From Chitinophagales bacterium (lineage in GTDB: Bacteria > Bacteroidota > Bacteroidia > Chitinophagales > BACL12), in assembly GCA_046160675.1 (NCBI GenBank), contig JBJXHH010000117.1, positions 11 through 64,010 of the forward strand: a DNA stretch of 64,000 nt. Reading direction: 5' to 3'. The notes beneath the pieces are model-generated. The model worked only from the letters and a program-made list of their open reading frames with translations, was not told the origin of the DNA and made no database searches. Positions 53,632 to 63,579 of this stretch are shown piece after piece (position 1 is the stretch's first letter; each line of letters opens with the position of its first letter). The position numbers were made by a program, and so were the translations under genes.

Positions 53632-56600
53632 ATGACACGGTATCACATTTCCATTGTCGCAATGGCTTTTCTTTTTGCACACATCTCATGGGCACAGTCC
53701 TCAATTACTCCGGGTAGCTGGCCTGTGATGAAAAATTCGCCTGATTTTTTTGAAATTCAAAACAGGTATTATGAAACCTACGATTCAATGGTGGCAGCAT
53801 ATGAACTGTTCGGGTTTGAGTATAACCCGAACGACGACATGGAAGATAAATTTAAACGGTGGGAGTACCTGATGAAAACAAGAGTAGATGCAAACGGAAA
53901 TTTTCCCGACCCGGGCATTGTGTTTAAAGAAACAGCTAGATATAAAGAACTGCATCCTGAGTTTTATGCAGGGGCAAGATCTGCGGCATGGTACCCGGTT
54001 GGAACCGCGGATGTACCATCAGCCGGCGGGGGCGCTGGAAGGATAAATGCGATTATACTTGACCCGGTGAATCCGGATATTATTTATGTAGGTGCAGCAA
54101 GTGGTGGTATTTGGCGAAGCCAAGACGCAGGAACAACCTGGGAAGCTTTGGGTGATGCACTGCCAGTGACAAGTATAGCAGATATAGCGATAGACCCAAC
54201 AAATACTGACATTATTTATGTTGCTACTGGTGACGGCGCAGGTTATGAAATTGACTGGCAAGTGGATGACGACTTTTGGGGAGGGGTTTACACGGCCGGC
54301 ATTTTAAAATCTACAGATGGAGGAGCAACATGGAACCCGACAGGATTAAGTTATCTGCAGGATGAACTTGAAATTGTGCAGGCGCTGGAAATACATGACA
54401 CTAATCCTGACATCCTGATAGCATCAACAAGAAACGGCATTTTCAGAACTGCCGATGGTGGCGATACATGGACATTAGTGGACGCTACCCATTGTTACGA
54501 TCTTGCTGTAAACACAAGTAACCCGGACATCATGTATGCAGTGGCTGATGAAGATGTATTAGTGAGTACTGATGCCGGGGCAACCTGGAGCATCCTTGAA
54601 AATAATCTTGGAAATGGAGGCCGTACAAGTATTGAAACTACAGAAGCAGATGCCGATATCATTTTTGTGTTGAATCAAAACAATGGTTTTTGGCGATCAA
54701 CGGACGGTGGCGCAACCTGGGAGAATCAAAAAGACCCCGGTGCTTTTGCTTCCTTTTATGGGTATTATGATATGCAGTTTGATGCTTCACCTGTTGACCC
54801 CGAACACCTTATGACAGGCGGTTTGCAACTCGCAAGAAATTCAACAGGAGGGGATAACAACTGGGCTACAACTAGCAGCTGGACTGGTTCAGGCTCGGAT
54901 TATGTGCATGCTGATGCACATTGTTTTGCCTATCATCCTACTGACCCTGACCTGGTTTATGCAGGAACAGACGGAGGCATTTTTGTAACCTTTGATCATG
55001 GAGACACTTGGGAAGATTTGAGTGATGGTTTGCGCATTGCGCAGATTTACAGGCTCTCAACAGGGCAACATGCTGATGACAGGACATTAAGCGGCTGGCA
55101 GGATAACGGCTCTAATCTTTGGGATGGATCAAGCTGGGAAGAAATTGACAATTCCACCTACGATGGGATGGAAGCAATCATAGATTTTACTGACGCTGAC
55201 ATTATGTTCATAAACCATCAATATGGCGACTTGAAAAGAACAGAAAATGGCGGCGCAAGTTGGACTTACGAAAAATGTTGTGGTGGATGGGTTACCCCTG
55301 TGGTAATGGATCCTACAGATCATAATATTATGTACTATGGCGATAGCGGAGGTGATGTATTTAAAAGTACAAATAACGGCACAAGCTGGACGAACAAGAA
55401 CAGTAATCTTACTGGTGAAGTATATTCCATCGCAGTGGCGCCTGATGATCCTGATGTAGTGTATGCAGCATCATTCACTAAAGTGAAAGTAAGTGATAAT
55501 GGTGGCGACTCATGGACGAATACAACCGATTTCATCCCTGCTGGTACAGCCGTCAACTACTTAGCAGTTTCTGATACAGACCCGATGAAAGTTTATGCGG
55601 CAATAAGTGCTTACTCTGAAGGTGATAAAGTATATTACTCAGGTGATGGTGGCAGTAGCTGGACGAACATTTCAGGCACTTTGCCCAACGTTCCTGTGAA
55701 TACTATTGTATATGAAAATGGTAGTGATGACAGACTTTATGTCGGAACGGATATAGGGGTCTTCACAAAAGACAACGCTGATAGTGACTGGGAACCCTAC
55801 ATGGAAGGATTACCGAACGTAATGGTGCATGAGTTGGAAATAAATTATACACGGCAAAAATTGGTAGCCGCTACTTACGGCAGAGGTATTTGGGAAAGCG
55901 ATTTGTATGATGCTATTATACCTACACTTGCCACATCGGTTGATATGCTTTCTTATTGCCCTGCAGCAACACTCACAGTAAGTTATCTTGCCACAGGAGT
56001 ATATACCATTACTAACATTTTTACTGCCCAACTAAGTGATGCTACGGGTAGCTTCGCAACACCAGTAAATATTGGCAGCATAACTTCATCTGATTTAAGC
56101 GGCTCTATAGCTTGTACTTTACCGGCATCTGCTGAACTTGGAACAGGGTATAGAATAAGAGTTGTATCATCCGCTCCTGCTTTAACAGGTTTAGACAATG
56201 GCGCAGATATTAGTATATCCTGTCCTCCACCTGCCGGACTAATCACTGATGAAGTAACTGAAACCAATGCTACAATAAGCTGGGATGCTGTAGATTGTGC
56301 AGCATCATACAATGTATATTACCGGGAAGTTGGTACTTCTGCCTGGATGTTAGAAAACACAACAACTATAACCTATACAATTGAGGGGCTGGATGAGTTT
56401 TCATCTTATGAGTGGACTGTGTCAAGTGTTTGTGTACCCACACCTGACCTTGTTGAATCTGACCTGGGCTCATTAGTAGAATTTCAAACTCTACAGGGTG
56501 TTGGTGTAACAGATGCTGAAATGCTTGAACAATCTTTCACCATTCATCCTAACCCGGTTATCTCATCAGCAACTATTGAGTTTGCTTTATTGCAGGCAGC

Positions 56601-56781
56601 AAATGTCACACTCAGAGTTACTGATATCTCAGGAAAAACAGTTCATGTATTACTGAATGAAATGCTCAATGCAGGTAAACATGTTTTACAGTTAGATAAG
56701 TCAAGCCTGCCAACGGGGAATTATATGCTTGAATTAAGTACCGAAAAGAATATAGTTTCAAGAAGCGTAGTGATTGAATAA
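53632..56781 (+). CDS. BNR/Asp-box (sortilin/Ycf48-like) tandem beta-propeller protein with FN3 and a T9SS C-terminal sorting domain
   Basis: Trimmed to ATG 53632 (signal MTRYHISIVAMAFLFAHISWAQ). About 10 Asp-boxes are present (SQDAGTTW, STDGGATW, TADGGDTW, STDAGATW, STDGGATW, FDHGDTW, TENGGASW, STNNGTSW, SDNGGDSW, SGDGGSSW). There is an FN3-like segment (PPAGL...ATISWDAV..AASYNVYYRE), and the tail is IHPNPVISSATIEF...GNYMLELSTEK. Confidence 0.85.
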   Translation: MTRYHISIVAMAFLFAHISWAQSSITPGSWPVMKNSPDFFEIQNRYYETYDSMVAAYELFGFEYNPNDDMEDKFKRWEYLMKTRVDANGNFPDPGIVFKETARYKELHPEFYAGARSAAWYPVGTADVPSAGGGAGRINAIILDPVNPDIIYVGAASGGIWRSQDAGTTWEALGDALPVTSIADIAIDPTNTDIIYVATGDGAGYEIDWQVDDDFWGGVYTAGILKSTDGGATWNPTGLSYLQDELEIVQALEIHDTNPDILIASTRNGIFRTADGGDTWTLVDATHCYDLAVNTSNPDIMYAVADEDVLVSTDAGATWSILENNLGNGGRTSIETTEADADIIFVLNQNNGFWRSTDGGATWENQKDPGAFASFYGYYDMQFDASPVDPEHLMTGGLQLARNSTGGDNNWATTSSWTGSGSDYVHADAHCFAYHPTDPDLVYAGTDGGIFVTFDHGDTWEDLSDGLRIAQIYRLSTGQHADDRTLSGWQDNGSNLWDGSSWEEIDNSTYDGMEAIIDFTDADIMFINHQYGDLKRTENGGASWTYEKCCGGWVTPVVMDPTDHNIMYYGDSGGDVFKSTNNGTSWTNKNSNLTGEVYSIAVAPDDPDVVYAASFTKVKVSDNGGDSWTNTTDFIPAGTAVNYLAVSDTDPMKVYAAISAYSEGDKVYYSGDGGSSWTNISGTLPNVPVNTIVYENGSDDRLYVGTDIGVFTKDNADSDWEPYMEGLPNVMVHELEINYTRQKLVAATYGRGIWESDLYDAIIPTLATSVDMLSYCPAATLTVSYLATGVYTITNIFTAQLSDATGSFATPVNIGSITSSDLSGSIACTLPASAELGTGYRIRVVSSAPALTGLDNGADISISCPPPAGLITDEVTETNATISWDAVDCAASYNVYYREVGTSAWMLENTTTITYTIEGLDEFSSYEWTVSSVCVPTPDLVESDLGSLVEFQTLQGVGVTDAEMLEQSFTIHPNPVISSATIEFALLQAANVTLRVTDISGKTVHVLLNEMLNAGKHVLQLDKSSLPTGNYMLELSTEKNIVSRSVVIE

Positions 56782-56794
56782 TCATTTAGAAAAT

Positions 56795-56831
56795 AAAAAA
56801 ATGCCGCCATTTAAATAGCGGCATTTTTTAT
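56795..56831. terminator. Bidirectional rho-independent terminator
   Basis: AAAAAAA-ATGCCGC-CATTTAAATA-GCGGCAT-TTTTTT lies between convergent genes ending at 56781 (plus strand) and 56835 (minus strand). Confidence 0.8.
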
Positions 56832-56834
56832 TGT

Positions 56835-57218
56835 TTATTCTGCAGCAGCTTCAGTTTCTTTCTTTTCTTCCCTGAAACTTTTCCATCCGCAACGATCATA
56901 ATACATCGCTTTAAATCTTTCTTTTTCTTCCGGGCTCATGTTTGCCAGTTTTTCATCCCAGCGTTTTTTCCAGTAATGACTTTTATAGTGATGTCCTTTA
57001 CCCCAACTATGATTTCTCCCCCATCCTCCAAAACCAGTTAATAGCTTGGCTAAAAGTATTAGCCCTATAGATTGAATAAATGTGATGGTGCTCCCGGCAA
57101 AAAGTTCGGGTATAAGCCAGTTCCAGAGCAGCATAACTGCAAACCCCATTAGCGTAATGATCATAGCTCCAAACAGAACCCAACCGAAGCCCATCAAAAC
57201 ATATTTTCCTTTTTTCAT
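56835..57218 (-). CDS. Small two-TM membrane protein with a His/Lys/Trp-rich C-terminal region, operonic with an ECF sigma (putative anti-sigma or partner)
   Basis: 127 aa with two hydrophobic helices (VLMGFGWVLFGAMIITLMGFAVMLLW and FIQSIGLILLAKLLTGFGGW), followed by GRNHSWGKGHHYKSHYWKKRWDEKLANMSPEEKERFKAMYYDRCGW. The start is 12 nt after the sigma stop. No family was recognised. Confidence 0.55.
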   Translation of the reverse strand: MKKGKYVLMGFGWVLFGAMIITLMGFAVMLLWNWLIPELFAGSTITFIQSIGLILLAKLLTGFGGWGRNHSWGKGHHYKSHYWKKRWDEKLANMSPEEKERFKAMYYDRCGWKSFREEKKETEAAAE

Positions 57219-57230
57219 ACTGTTACTATT

Positions 57231-57827
57231 TTATTCGTTAAAAAAATCATCATACAAACCCTGCATACGCTCCCGAAGATGTATTACTGCATATCTTTTC
57301 CGGGAAAGAAGTGTATTCAATGGAGCCCCTGTAATTTCTACTATCTCTTGAAAGCTTTTATTTTCCAACTCATGCAGGATAAAAACGTCTCTCTGTTCCT
57401 CCGGCAACTCATTGAGTGCTTGAGTAAGTGTTTCCCAAACTAAACTGCGTTCATATTGTGCATCCGGTTCATCATTTTCAGAAGAAGAAAGTTTTGCAAG
57501 CTGAAAAAAATATCTGCCATCCTCTTCTTCATCATAAACAGCATTTGTATCAATGCTTTCCGGTTTTCGTTTTCGATACACATCTATGATCCTGTTTCTC
57601 GCTACCCTGAAAAGCCATGCTGCCATGTTTTCAATCGTATCGACAATTCCATGATTGGAAGCAAGTTGATAAAAAACATCTTGCAGAATATCTTCAGCAT
57701 CTTCCTCGTTGCGAACCTTACTGCGGATAAACTTGAGAAGGCGTCCCCTTTCCTGTTTCACCGCATTGTTTATAATAGTAGTTTGCTGCTCACTCATGAA
57801 TATACCTGCGTTTGCTAAGTCGTTCAT
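57231..57827 (-). CDS. ECF-type RNA polymerase sigma-70 family factor
   Basis: The sigma-2 region is AEDILQDVFYQLASN......N..AWLFRVARNRIIDVYRKRK and the sigma-4 region is LPEEQRDVFILHELENKSFQEIVEITGAPLNTLLSRKRYAVIHLRE. ATG 57797 is an alternative start. Confidence 0.88.
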   Translation of the reverse strand: MNDLANAGIFMSEQQTTIINNAVKQERGRLLKFIRSKVRNEEDAEDILQDVFYQLASNHGIVDTIENMAAWLFRVARNRIIDVYRKRKPESIDTNAVYDEEEDGRYFFQLAKLSSSENDEPDAQYERSLVWETLTQALNELPEEQRDVFILHELENKSFQEIVEITGAPLNTLLSRKRYAVIHLRERMQGLYDDFFNE

Positions 57828-57853
57828 ATAACACCCTTTGACGAACGAAGTTT

Positions 57854-57861
57854 CAAAAATA
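57854..57861 (-). promoter_or_regulatory. Candidate -7 box TATTTTTG for the ECF sigma gene
   Basis: Exact TAnnTTTG match, 26 nt upstream of ATG 57827. Confidence 0.35.
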
Positions 57862-57945
57862 TTGTACCCGGCTGTAAAATGTCGATAGACAGAGGTAAAA
57901 CAGAGCTAATCAAGCGAAAGAGGAGGTTTAAAATGCTCCATTTCC

Positions 57946-57953
57946 TACCTTTG
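57946..57953 (+). promoter_or_regulatory. Candidate -7 box TACCTTTG for the lipoprotein / glycan-catabolism operon
   Basis: Exact TAnnTTTG match, 39 nt upstream of ATG 57993. Confidence 0.35.
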
Positions 57954-57992
57954 TGCAATAAATTTAGGTTTACCCGTTTAAAATCCCGGAGT

Positions 57993-59435
57993 ATGATGAA
58001 TTGTAAGATGTGCCGGCCGTTTGTAATTCTTGCCTGCTTTGCACTACTCACTGTTGGTTGCCGCAAAGAAAATTTCTTTGATGGTATAGATGCAAAACTC
58101 CGTTTTTCAACAGACACATTGCATTTTGATACGATTTTTACTACTATTGGTTCAGCAACCCGGTCCTTCAAAATTTACAACCCGTATAACCAGGCTATTC
58201 TGATTTCCAGCATTCAACTTGCCGGGGGTGAGAGTAGTATTTTCAGGATGAATGTTGATGGTATTCCGGCAAACGAACTTTTTGATGTTGAAATTCCTGC
58301 TAATGACAGCTTGTATGTTTTTGTAGAAGTAACGATAAACCCGAATGATGCATCTTTGCCTTATGTTGTAGAAGATTCTATTTTTTTTACAACTAACGGA
58401 AACTTGCAAAAAGTAATTTTAGACAGTTGGGGGCAAAATGCAAATTTTATAGATAATGTGATTGTAACCGGCACTGAAGTATGGACGAATGAGCTGCCCT
58501 ATGTTATCTATAATTTTTTTGGTGTTGACACATTAAGCACTCTTACAATTATGGAAGGATGCAAAATTTATGTCCATGGCGATGCCCAGTTTGTTGTACT
58601 TGGAACTTTAGAAGTACTTGGCACAGCTGACAGTAATGTGATTTTTCAGGCAGACAGAACGGAGGATTTTTACAAAGATGTTCCCGGCCAGTGGAACGGC
58701 ATATCGTTTTTAAGAACCAGCAAAAATAATATCATTCGTTATGCTACAATAAAAAATGCTATCAATGGTTTGCTTGTAGGTTACCAGGGCACTGACACCA
58801 CCACAGCTTTTTACAATGATGTATCCACCCGCCCCCAACTAACACTTGAGAATGTCCAGGTATATGATTGCCAGCAAAGCGCTATGCTGGCCGTAAATGC
58901 AGAAGTAGACGCAACCAATTGCCTGATTTACAATACGGGAGAAAGCAATGTCGCTTTAACCGCAGGAGGAAAATATAATTTTACTTACTGTACACTGGGG
59001 AATTACGGCTCTGCGTATCTTACTCCGCAAGGCGCCTCCCTCGTACTTACAGATTTTTTTATACTTCCTTTTGGGAATAACACTGTAGCTATCCAAAATG
59101 TAGACGAAGCAAATTTTACAAATTGTATTTCTTATGGTTCAGCTGCTGAAGGAAAAGACTTTGTGATTAGTAATGATGGCGGCGCTGCATTTAATTATAG
59201 TTTTACTAAATGTTTTTTACGAACAGACACATCGCTCACTGACTTTGATGATTGCTGGATAAATATTGATCCGGAATTTGCAAACATTGGGGATAGAAAT
59301 TATTGCCCGGACACAATCAGCCAGGCGATAAACGCTGGCATTGATGTTTCGGGAATTATTGATGATCTTGTCGGAACACTTCGCCCGCAAGGCTCTGCAC
59401 CGGATGTTGGCTGCTACGAAACGTACGTTGAATAA
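57993..59435 (+). CDS. Lipoprotein with an N-terminal Ig-like domain and a right-handed beta-helix / choice-of-anchor-Q-like C-terminus
   Basis: Trimmed to ATG 57993. The lipobox is MMNCKMCRPFVILACFALLTVGC-RKE. The C-terminal DLVGTLRPQGSAPDVGCYE resembles the D..G..R......DiGAyE ending of choice-of-anchor-Q / beta-helix proteins. Confidence 0.6.
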   Translation: MMNCKMCRPFVILACFALLTVGCRKENFFDGIDAKLRFSTDTLHFDTIFTTIGSATRSFKIYNPYNQAILISSIQLAGGESSIFRMNVDGIPANELFDVEIPANDSLYVFVEVTINPNDASLPYVVEDSIFFTTNGNLQKVILDSWGQNANFIDNVIVTGTEVWTNELPYVIYNFFGVDTLSTLTIMEGCKIYVHGDAQFVVLGTLEVLGTADSNVIFQADRTEDFYKDVPGQWNGISFLRTSKNNIIRYATIKNAINGLLVGYQGTDTTTAFYNDVSTRPQLTLENVQVYDCQQSAMLAVNAEVDATNCLIYNTGESNVALTAGGKYNFTYCTLGNYGSAYLTPQGASLVLTDFFILPFGNNTVAIQNVDEANFTNCISYGSAAEGKDFVISNDGGAAFNYSFTKCFLRTDTSLTDFDDCWINIDPEFANIGDRNYCPDTISQAINAGIDVSGIIDDLVGTLRPQGSAPDVGCYETYVE

Positions 59436-59486
59436 CTTCTTCTTTTATTCATGTTGTGAAAGTATTTTTACATCATTGCTCAAAAA

Positions 59487-61781
59487 ATGATGAAATCTCT
59501 TTTTACAATCCTACTCACTTTTCAATTTTTTTTTTCCTTTTCTCAACCCTATTCCATCATTCCTCAACCAGTAAGTATTATTGCTACTGAGGGACATTTT
59601 GCATTTAACAGGAATACCTACATTGTTGCAAATGATATAGAATCATTTAAAGATGCTACGGTATTTAATCAATTCATGGTTAGGTATTTTCAGTTCCCGA
59701 TAAAAACATTTAAAAAGCCGGTTACATCAAATAACTATATTGAAGTTTCTTATAACCCCGAATTAAAAATTCCCGATGAAGGCTATATCCTAAAAGTTGA
59801 AAATAATAAGATATCCATTCAGGCGAAAAACAAAGGAGGTATTCTGAACGGGTTTACTACATTATTTCAACTCTTTGCTTATCAAAAAATACATTTTCCT
59901 ACTGCCCAGGATTACAAAATCCCCTGTTGTGAAATAACCGATTATCCCAGATTTCATTACCGGGGTATGCACTTAGACTGTGCAAGGCATTTCTTTGATC
60001 TTGATTTTATCAGGAAATACATTGATTATCTAGCCATGTATAAATACAATACTTTTCATTGGCATCTGACAGATGATCAGGGTTGGCGCATAGAAATAAA
60101 ACAATACCCGAAACTCACTGAAATTGGGGCCTGGCGGGATGGCAGTATGGTCGGGCATTATCGTGAACAACAATTTGACAGCATTCGTTACGGTGGATTT
60201 TATACGCAGGCAGAAATAAAACAAATTGTAAAATATGCCGCAGACAGAAATATCACAGTCATTCCAGAGATAGAAATGCCAGGACATTGTTTAGCTGCGT
60301 TAGCTGCATATCCGGAGTTGGGCTGTGTAAATGATACCTCGTATGCTGTCGCAAAAGCATGGGGAGTCCATCCTGATGTATTTTGTCCGAAAGAAGAAAC
60401 ATTTACTTTTCTCGAAAATGTATTGGATGAAGTGATGGCAATATTTCCATCAGAATATATTCATATTGGCGGCGATGAAGTGGAGAAAATAAGATGGAAG
60501 AATTCTGATTTTTGTCAGCAACTGATGAAAGAAAATAATTTAAAAGATGAACATGAACTGCAAAGTTTTTTTATCCAGCGCATTGAAAAATATGTGAACA
60601 GTAAGGGCAGAAAAATAATCGGGTGGGATGAAATATTAGAAGGAGGCCTGGCCCCAAATGCTACTATCATGAGCTGGCGGGGTGAAGACGGGGGAATTGC
60701 CGCAGCACAGCAAAGTTACTATGCTGTTATGACTCCCGGCAGTCATTGTTATTTTGATCATTACCAAGGTTCCCCGGCTAATGAACCCCTTGCCATTGGC
60801 GGGTTTACGCCGATTGAAAAAGTTTATGACTACGAACCGATTCCTGCTCAACTTACTGTTGAACAAGCTAAATATATCCTTGGCGCACAGGCTAATGTAT
60901 GGACTGAATATATTACTACGCCCGAAAAAGTTGAATACATGGCAATACCAAGAATGCTTGCATTGAGTGAAGTGTTGTGGAGTTCAACAGAAAATAAGAA
61001 TTATGATGACTTTGTGCTGAGGTTACTAACACATTTTAAGTTGTTGGATGAAGTGAATTGTAAGTATTCGAAATCAATATTTAACATCAGCTATAAAATA
61101 TATCCTACAGAAGATAATAATGGAGTTATCTATGCGCTTAATTATAACAAATATTTTGGTGATGTATCTGTAAGTTCAGCCGAATATTTACCCTCGGCAA
61201 CCATACAAACTCATCTTTATACAGAACCCATTCTTGTTACAATAGATCAAGTTGTTTCGGCTAAATACAAAAATGGAATTAATAAGCAACTGTTTACAAT
61301 TCATGTCAATAAAGCCACCGGCAAAAAAATCACCCTCACTTCTACCCCTTCAAAAAAATATGCTGCTGACGGCGCATTCACTCTTGTGAATGGAATAGTC
61401 GCTACTACAAAACCAAACTGGGCTGCAAATGAATGGTTGGGTTTTGAAGGAACAGATTGTGAAGCAATTATTGATCTGGGAAAAACAGATACTATTTCAA
61501 AAATTACTGTCGGTTATTTAGAAGATAAATTAAGCTGGATTTGGCTTCCCGCATCAATTTCACTTGAAACATCTATTGATAGAAAGACTTACTCTCAACA
61601 AATTGCATATGCAATAGATCCTGCTGATTTAATAAGTAAAAGAAATTATTCAATTAATTTAGAATCAACTGCCGCCAGGTTTATAAAACTTACAATCAAA
61701 AACTTTGGTGTCATCCCTGCAGGATATCCCGGAGCCGGGAACATGGCCTGGCTGTTTGTTGATGAAATAAGTATTGAGTAA
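59487..61781 (+). CDS. GH20 beta-N-acetylhexosaminidase with a C-terminal F5/8-type-C (discoidin) domain
   Basis: 764 aa with a signal peptide. The motif series RGMHLDCARHFF, FHWHLTDDQGWRIEIK, VIPEIEMPGH and IHIGGDEV (catalytic D-E) is present. The C-terminus reads EWLGFEG.D.EAIIDLG....I..I.VGYLED. Confidence 0.92.
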   Translation: MMKSLFTILLTFQFFFSFSQPYSIIPQPVSIIATEGHFAFNRNTYIVANDIESFKDATVFNQFMVRYFQFPIKTFKKPVTSNNYIEVSYNPELKIPDEGYILKVENNKISIQAKNKGGILNGFTTLFQLFAYQKIHFPTAQDYKIPCCEITDYPRFHYRGMHLDCARHFFDLDFIRKYIDYLAMYKYNTFHWHLTDDQGWRIEIKQYPKLTEIGAWRDGSMVGHYREQQFDSIRYGGFYTQAEIKQIVKYAADRNITVIPEIEMPGHCLAALAAYPELGCVNDTSYAVAKAWGVHPDVFCPKEETFTFLENVLDEVMAIFPSEYIHIGGDEVEKIRWKNSDFCQQLMKENNLKDEHELQSFFIQRIEKYVNSKGRKIIGWDEILEGGLAPNATIMSWRGEDGGIAAAQQSYYAVMTPGSHCYFDHYQGSPANEPLAIGGFTPIEKVYDYEPIPAQLTVEQAKYILGAQANVWTEYITTPEKVEYMAIPRMLALSEVLWSSTENKNYDDFVLRLLTHFKLLDEVNCKYSKSIFNISYKIYPTEDNNGVIYALNYNKYFGDVSVSSAEYLPSATIQTHLYTEPILVTIDQVVSAKYKNGINKQLFTIHVNKATGKKITLTSTPSKKYAADGAFTLVNGIVATTKPNWAANEWLGFEGTDCEAIIDLGKTDTISKITVGYLEDKLSWIWLPASISLETSIDRKTYSQQIAYAIDPADLISKRNYSINLESTAARFIKLTIKNFGVIPAGYPGAGNMAWLFVDEISIE

Positions 61782-61857
61782 TTTTCTCCCGCAGATTAAA
61801 CAAAATACCACAGAATAAATCTGCGAAAATCAGCGCAATCTGTAGGAAATATTTTTT

Positions 61858-62835
61858 ATGGCATCAAGAAGAAAATTCATTAAAACCACTGCACTTGGTG
61901 CAGGGTTTCTCTCTACTAATAATTTATTTAGTAAAAATTCGCTTCGCTCAAATTCCTTTAACAAACCCCTTGTAATTTCTACCTGGGATTTCGGCTTACA
62001 AGCCAACAAAGAAGCATGGAAAGTGCTAAACTCAAACGGCCGTGCTTTAGACGCAGTAGAAAAGGGTGTGATGGTTGCTGAAAACGATTTGTACTCTACC
62101 TCCGTTGGTTTAGCAGGCCTGCCAGACAGGGAAGGGAACACCACCTTAGATGCCTGTATCATGGACGAATATTATAATTGCGGCTCTGTTGCATTTTTAG
62201 AAAAAATAAAAAACCCAATTTCTGTCGCAAGAATGGTAATGGAAAAAACCCCGCATATCATGCTGGTGGGAGCTGGCGCAAAACAATTCGCCCTGGAAAA
62301 TGGGTTTACTGAAGATGATTATAAAAATCCCGAAAGTGTGAAAGCGTACAAAGAATGGCTGAAAGAAAGCAAATATGACCCGATGTATGATATGAAAGAG
62401 CAACATGATACGATTGGAATGATTGCAATGGATGCGAACAACAACCTCGGCGGTGCATGCACAACAAGTGGGCTTGCTTTTAAAATACGAGGCAGAGTGG
62501 GTGATTCACCAATTATAGGAGCCGGGTTATATGTTGACAATGAAATAGGTGCAGCAACAGCAACTGGAGTTGGCGAAGAAGTTATCAGGATCTCTGGAAC
62601 ACATTTAGTAGTAGAGATGATGCGAAACGGTAAATCGCCTTATGAGGCATGCAAAGCAGCTGTGGAAAGGATGGTAAAGATCAGGAAAGAAAAATCAAAA
62701 AATTTCCAGGTAGGTTTTATTGCGATTAATAAAAGTGGTGAGTTTGGCGGCTATTGTTTACAGCCCGGGTTTGAATACGCAGTCTTTTCCAACAACATTC
62801 CCAATCAATTATTCAAAGCGGACAGCTACTACTGA
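61858..62835 (+). CDS. N4-(beta-N-acetylglucosaminyl)-L-asparaginase (glycosylasparaginase, Ntn hydrolase) with a Tat-type signal
   Basis: The twin-arginine signal is MASRRKFIKTTALGAGFL. The autoprocessing site context is HDTIGMIAMD, and TTSGLAFKIRGRVGDSPIIGAGLYVDNEIGAATATGVGEEVI is also present. Confidence 0.88.
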   Translation: MASRRKFIKTTALGAGFLSTNNLFSKNSLRSNSFNKPLVISTWDFGLQANKEAWKVLNSNGRALDAVEKGVMVAENDLYSTSVGLAGLPDREGNTTLDACIMDEYYNCGSVAFLEKIKNPISVARMVMEKTPHIMLVGAGAKQFALENGFTEDDYKNPESVKAYKEWLKESKYDPMYDMKEQHDTIGMIAMDANNNLGGACTTSGLAFKIRGRVGDSPIIGAGLYVDNEIGAATATGVGEEVIRISGTHLVVEMMRNGKSPYEACKAAVERMVKIRKEKSKNFQVGFIAINKSGEFGGYCLQPGFEYAVFSNNIPNQLFKADSYY

Positions 62836-62838
62836 TAA

Positions 62839-63579
62839 ATGAAATTAGAAATTTGTGTTTTCTCTATCACTGATGCAATTATTGCAATGGAAGGTGGCGC
62901 TGACCGGATCGAGTTATGTGCCAGTTATGTTGAGGGAGGAATCACACCGAGCTACGCAACAATTCTTGAAACATTCGAATTTGTTGATCCTGAAAAAATT
63001 GTAGTGATGATTCGTCCTAGGGGTGGAAATTTTATCTACAATGAGCATGAGTTGGATGTAATGAAAAGAGAAATAGGTTTTTGTAAAGACATTGGTGTAC
63101 AAAATATTATTTTCGGAATACTGGATGCTGATGGGAATTTAGATGAAGAAAAAAATTCCGAATTAATAGAAATGGCTTCACCCTTACATTGTACATTACA
63201 GCGAGCTTTCGATCTCACTTACGATCCGTTTGAAGCGCTGGAAACTGCCATTCAATGCGGGTTTCGAAGAATACTTACATCAGGTCAGGAACCGTCTGCC
63301 TTTGAAGGGAAACAACTGATTAAAGAACTAATCGCAGAAGCAGGAACTAAAATTGACATTCTGCCAGGCGCTGGAATTACTTCAAAAAATGCAAAAGAGT
63401 TAATTGATTTTACAGGTTGTACAGAAATTCATACCTCGGCAAAAATGTATTTACAACCCGGTAGCAACGAAAGTAATTTTCAATTCCGAAAAAATATTTA
63501 TGACTTCAGCAATGTAACTGCTGTCAATATCAATGAAGTGATTGCTTTGAAAGAAATAATAAACGCATATCACTTATGA
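62839..63579 (+). CDS. cutC: CutC-family TIM-barrel protein (annotated copper homeostasis protein; true function unclear)
   Basis: MKLEICVFSITDAIIAMEGGADRIELCASYVEGGITPSYATI is the canonical CutC N-terminus. No signal peptide is present. The gene starts 3 nt after the asparaginase stop, and its stop overlaps the next start (ATGA). Confidence 0.85.
   Translation: MKLEICVFSITDAIIAMEGGADRIELCASYVEGGITPSYATILETFEFVDPEKIVVMIRPRGGNFIYNEHELDVMKREIGFCKDIGVQNIIFGILDADGNLDEEKNSELIEMASPLHCTLQRAFDLTYDPFEALETAIQCGFRRILTSGQEPSAFEGKQLIKELIAEAGTKIDILPGAGITSKNAKELIDFTGCTEIHTSAKMYLQPGSNESNFQFRKNIYDFSNVTAVNINEVIALKEIINAYHL

Noticed and set aside
62839-63579. cutC as the marker of a copper-resistance island.
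   Set aside because: No copA, cusABC, multicopper oxidase or metal-regulator genes are nearby. The neighbours are all glycan-degrading enzymes, and the copper role of CutC is itself doubtful.
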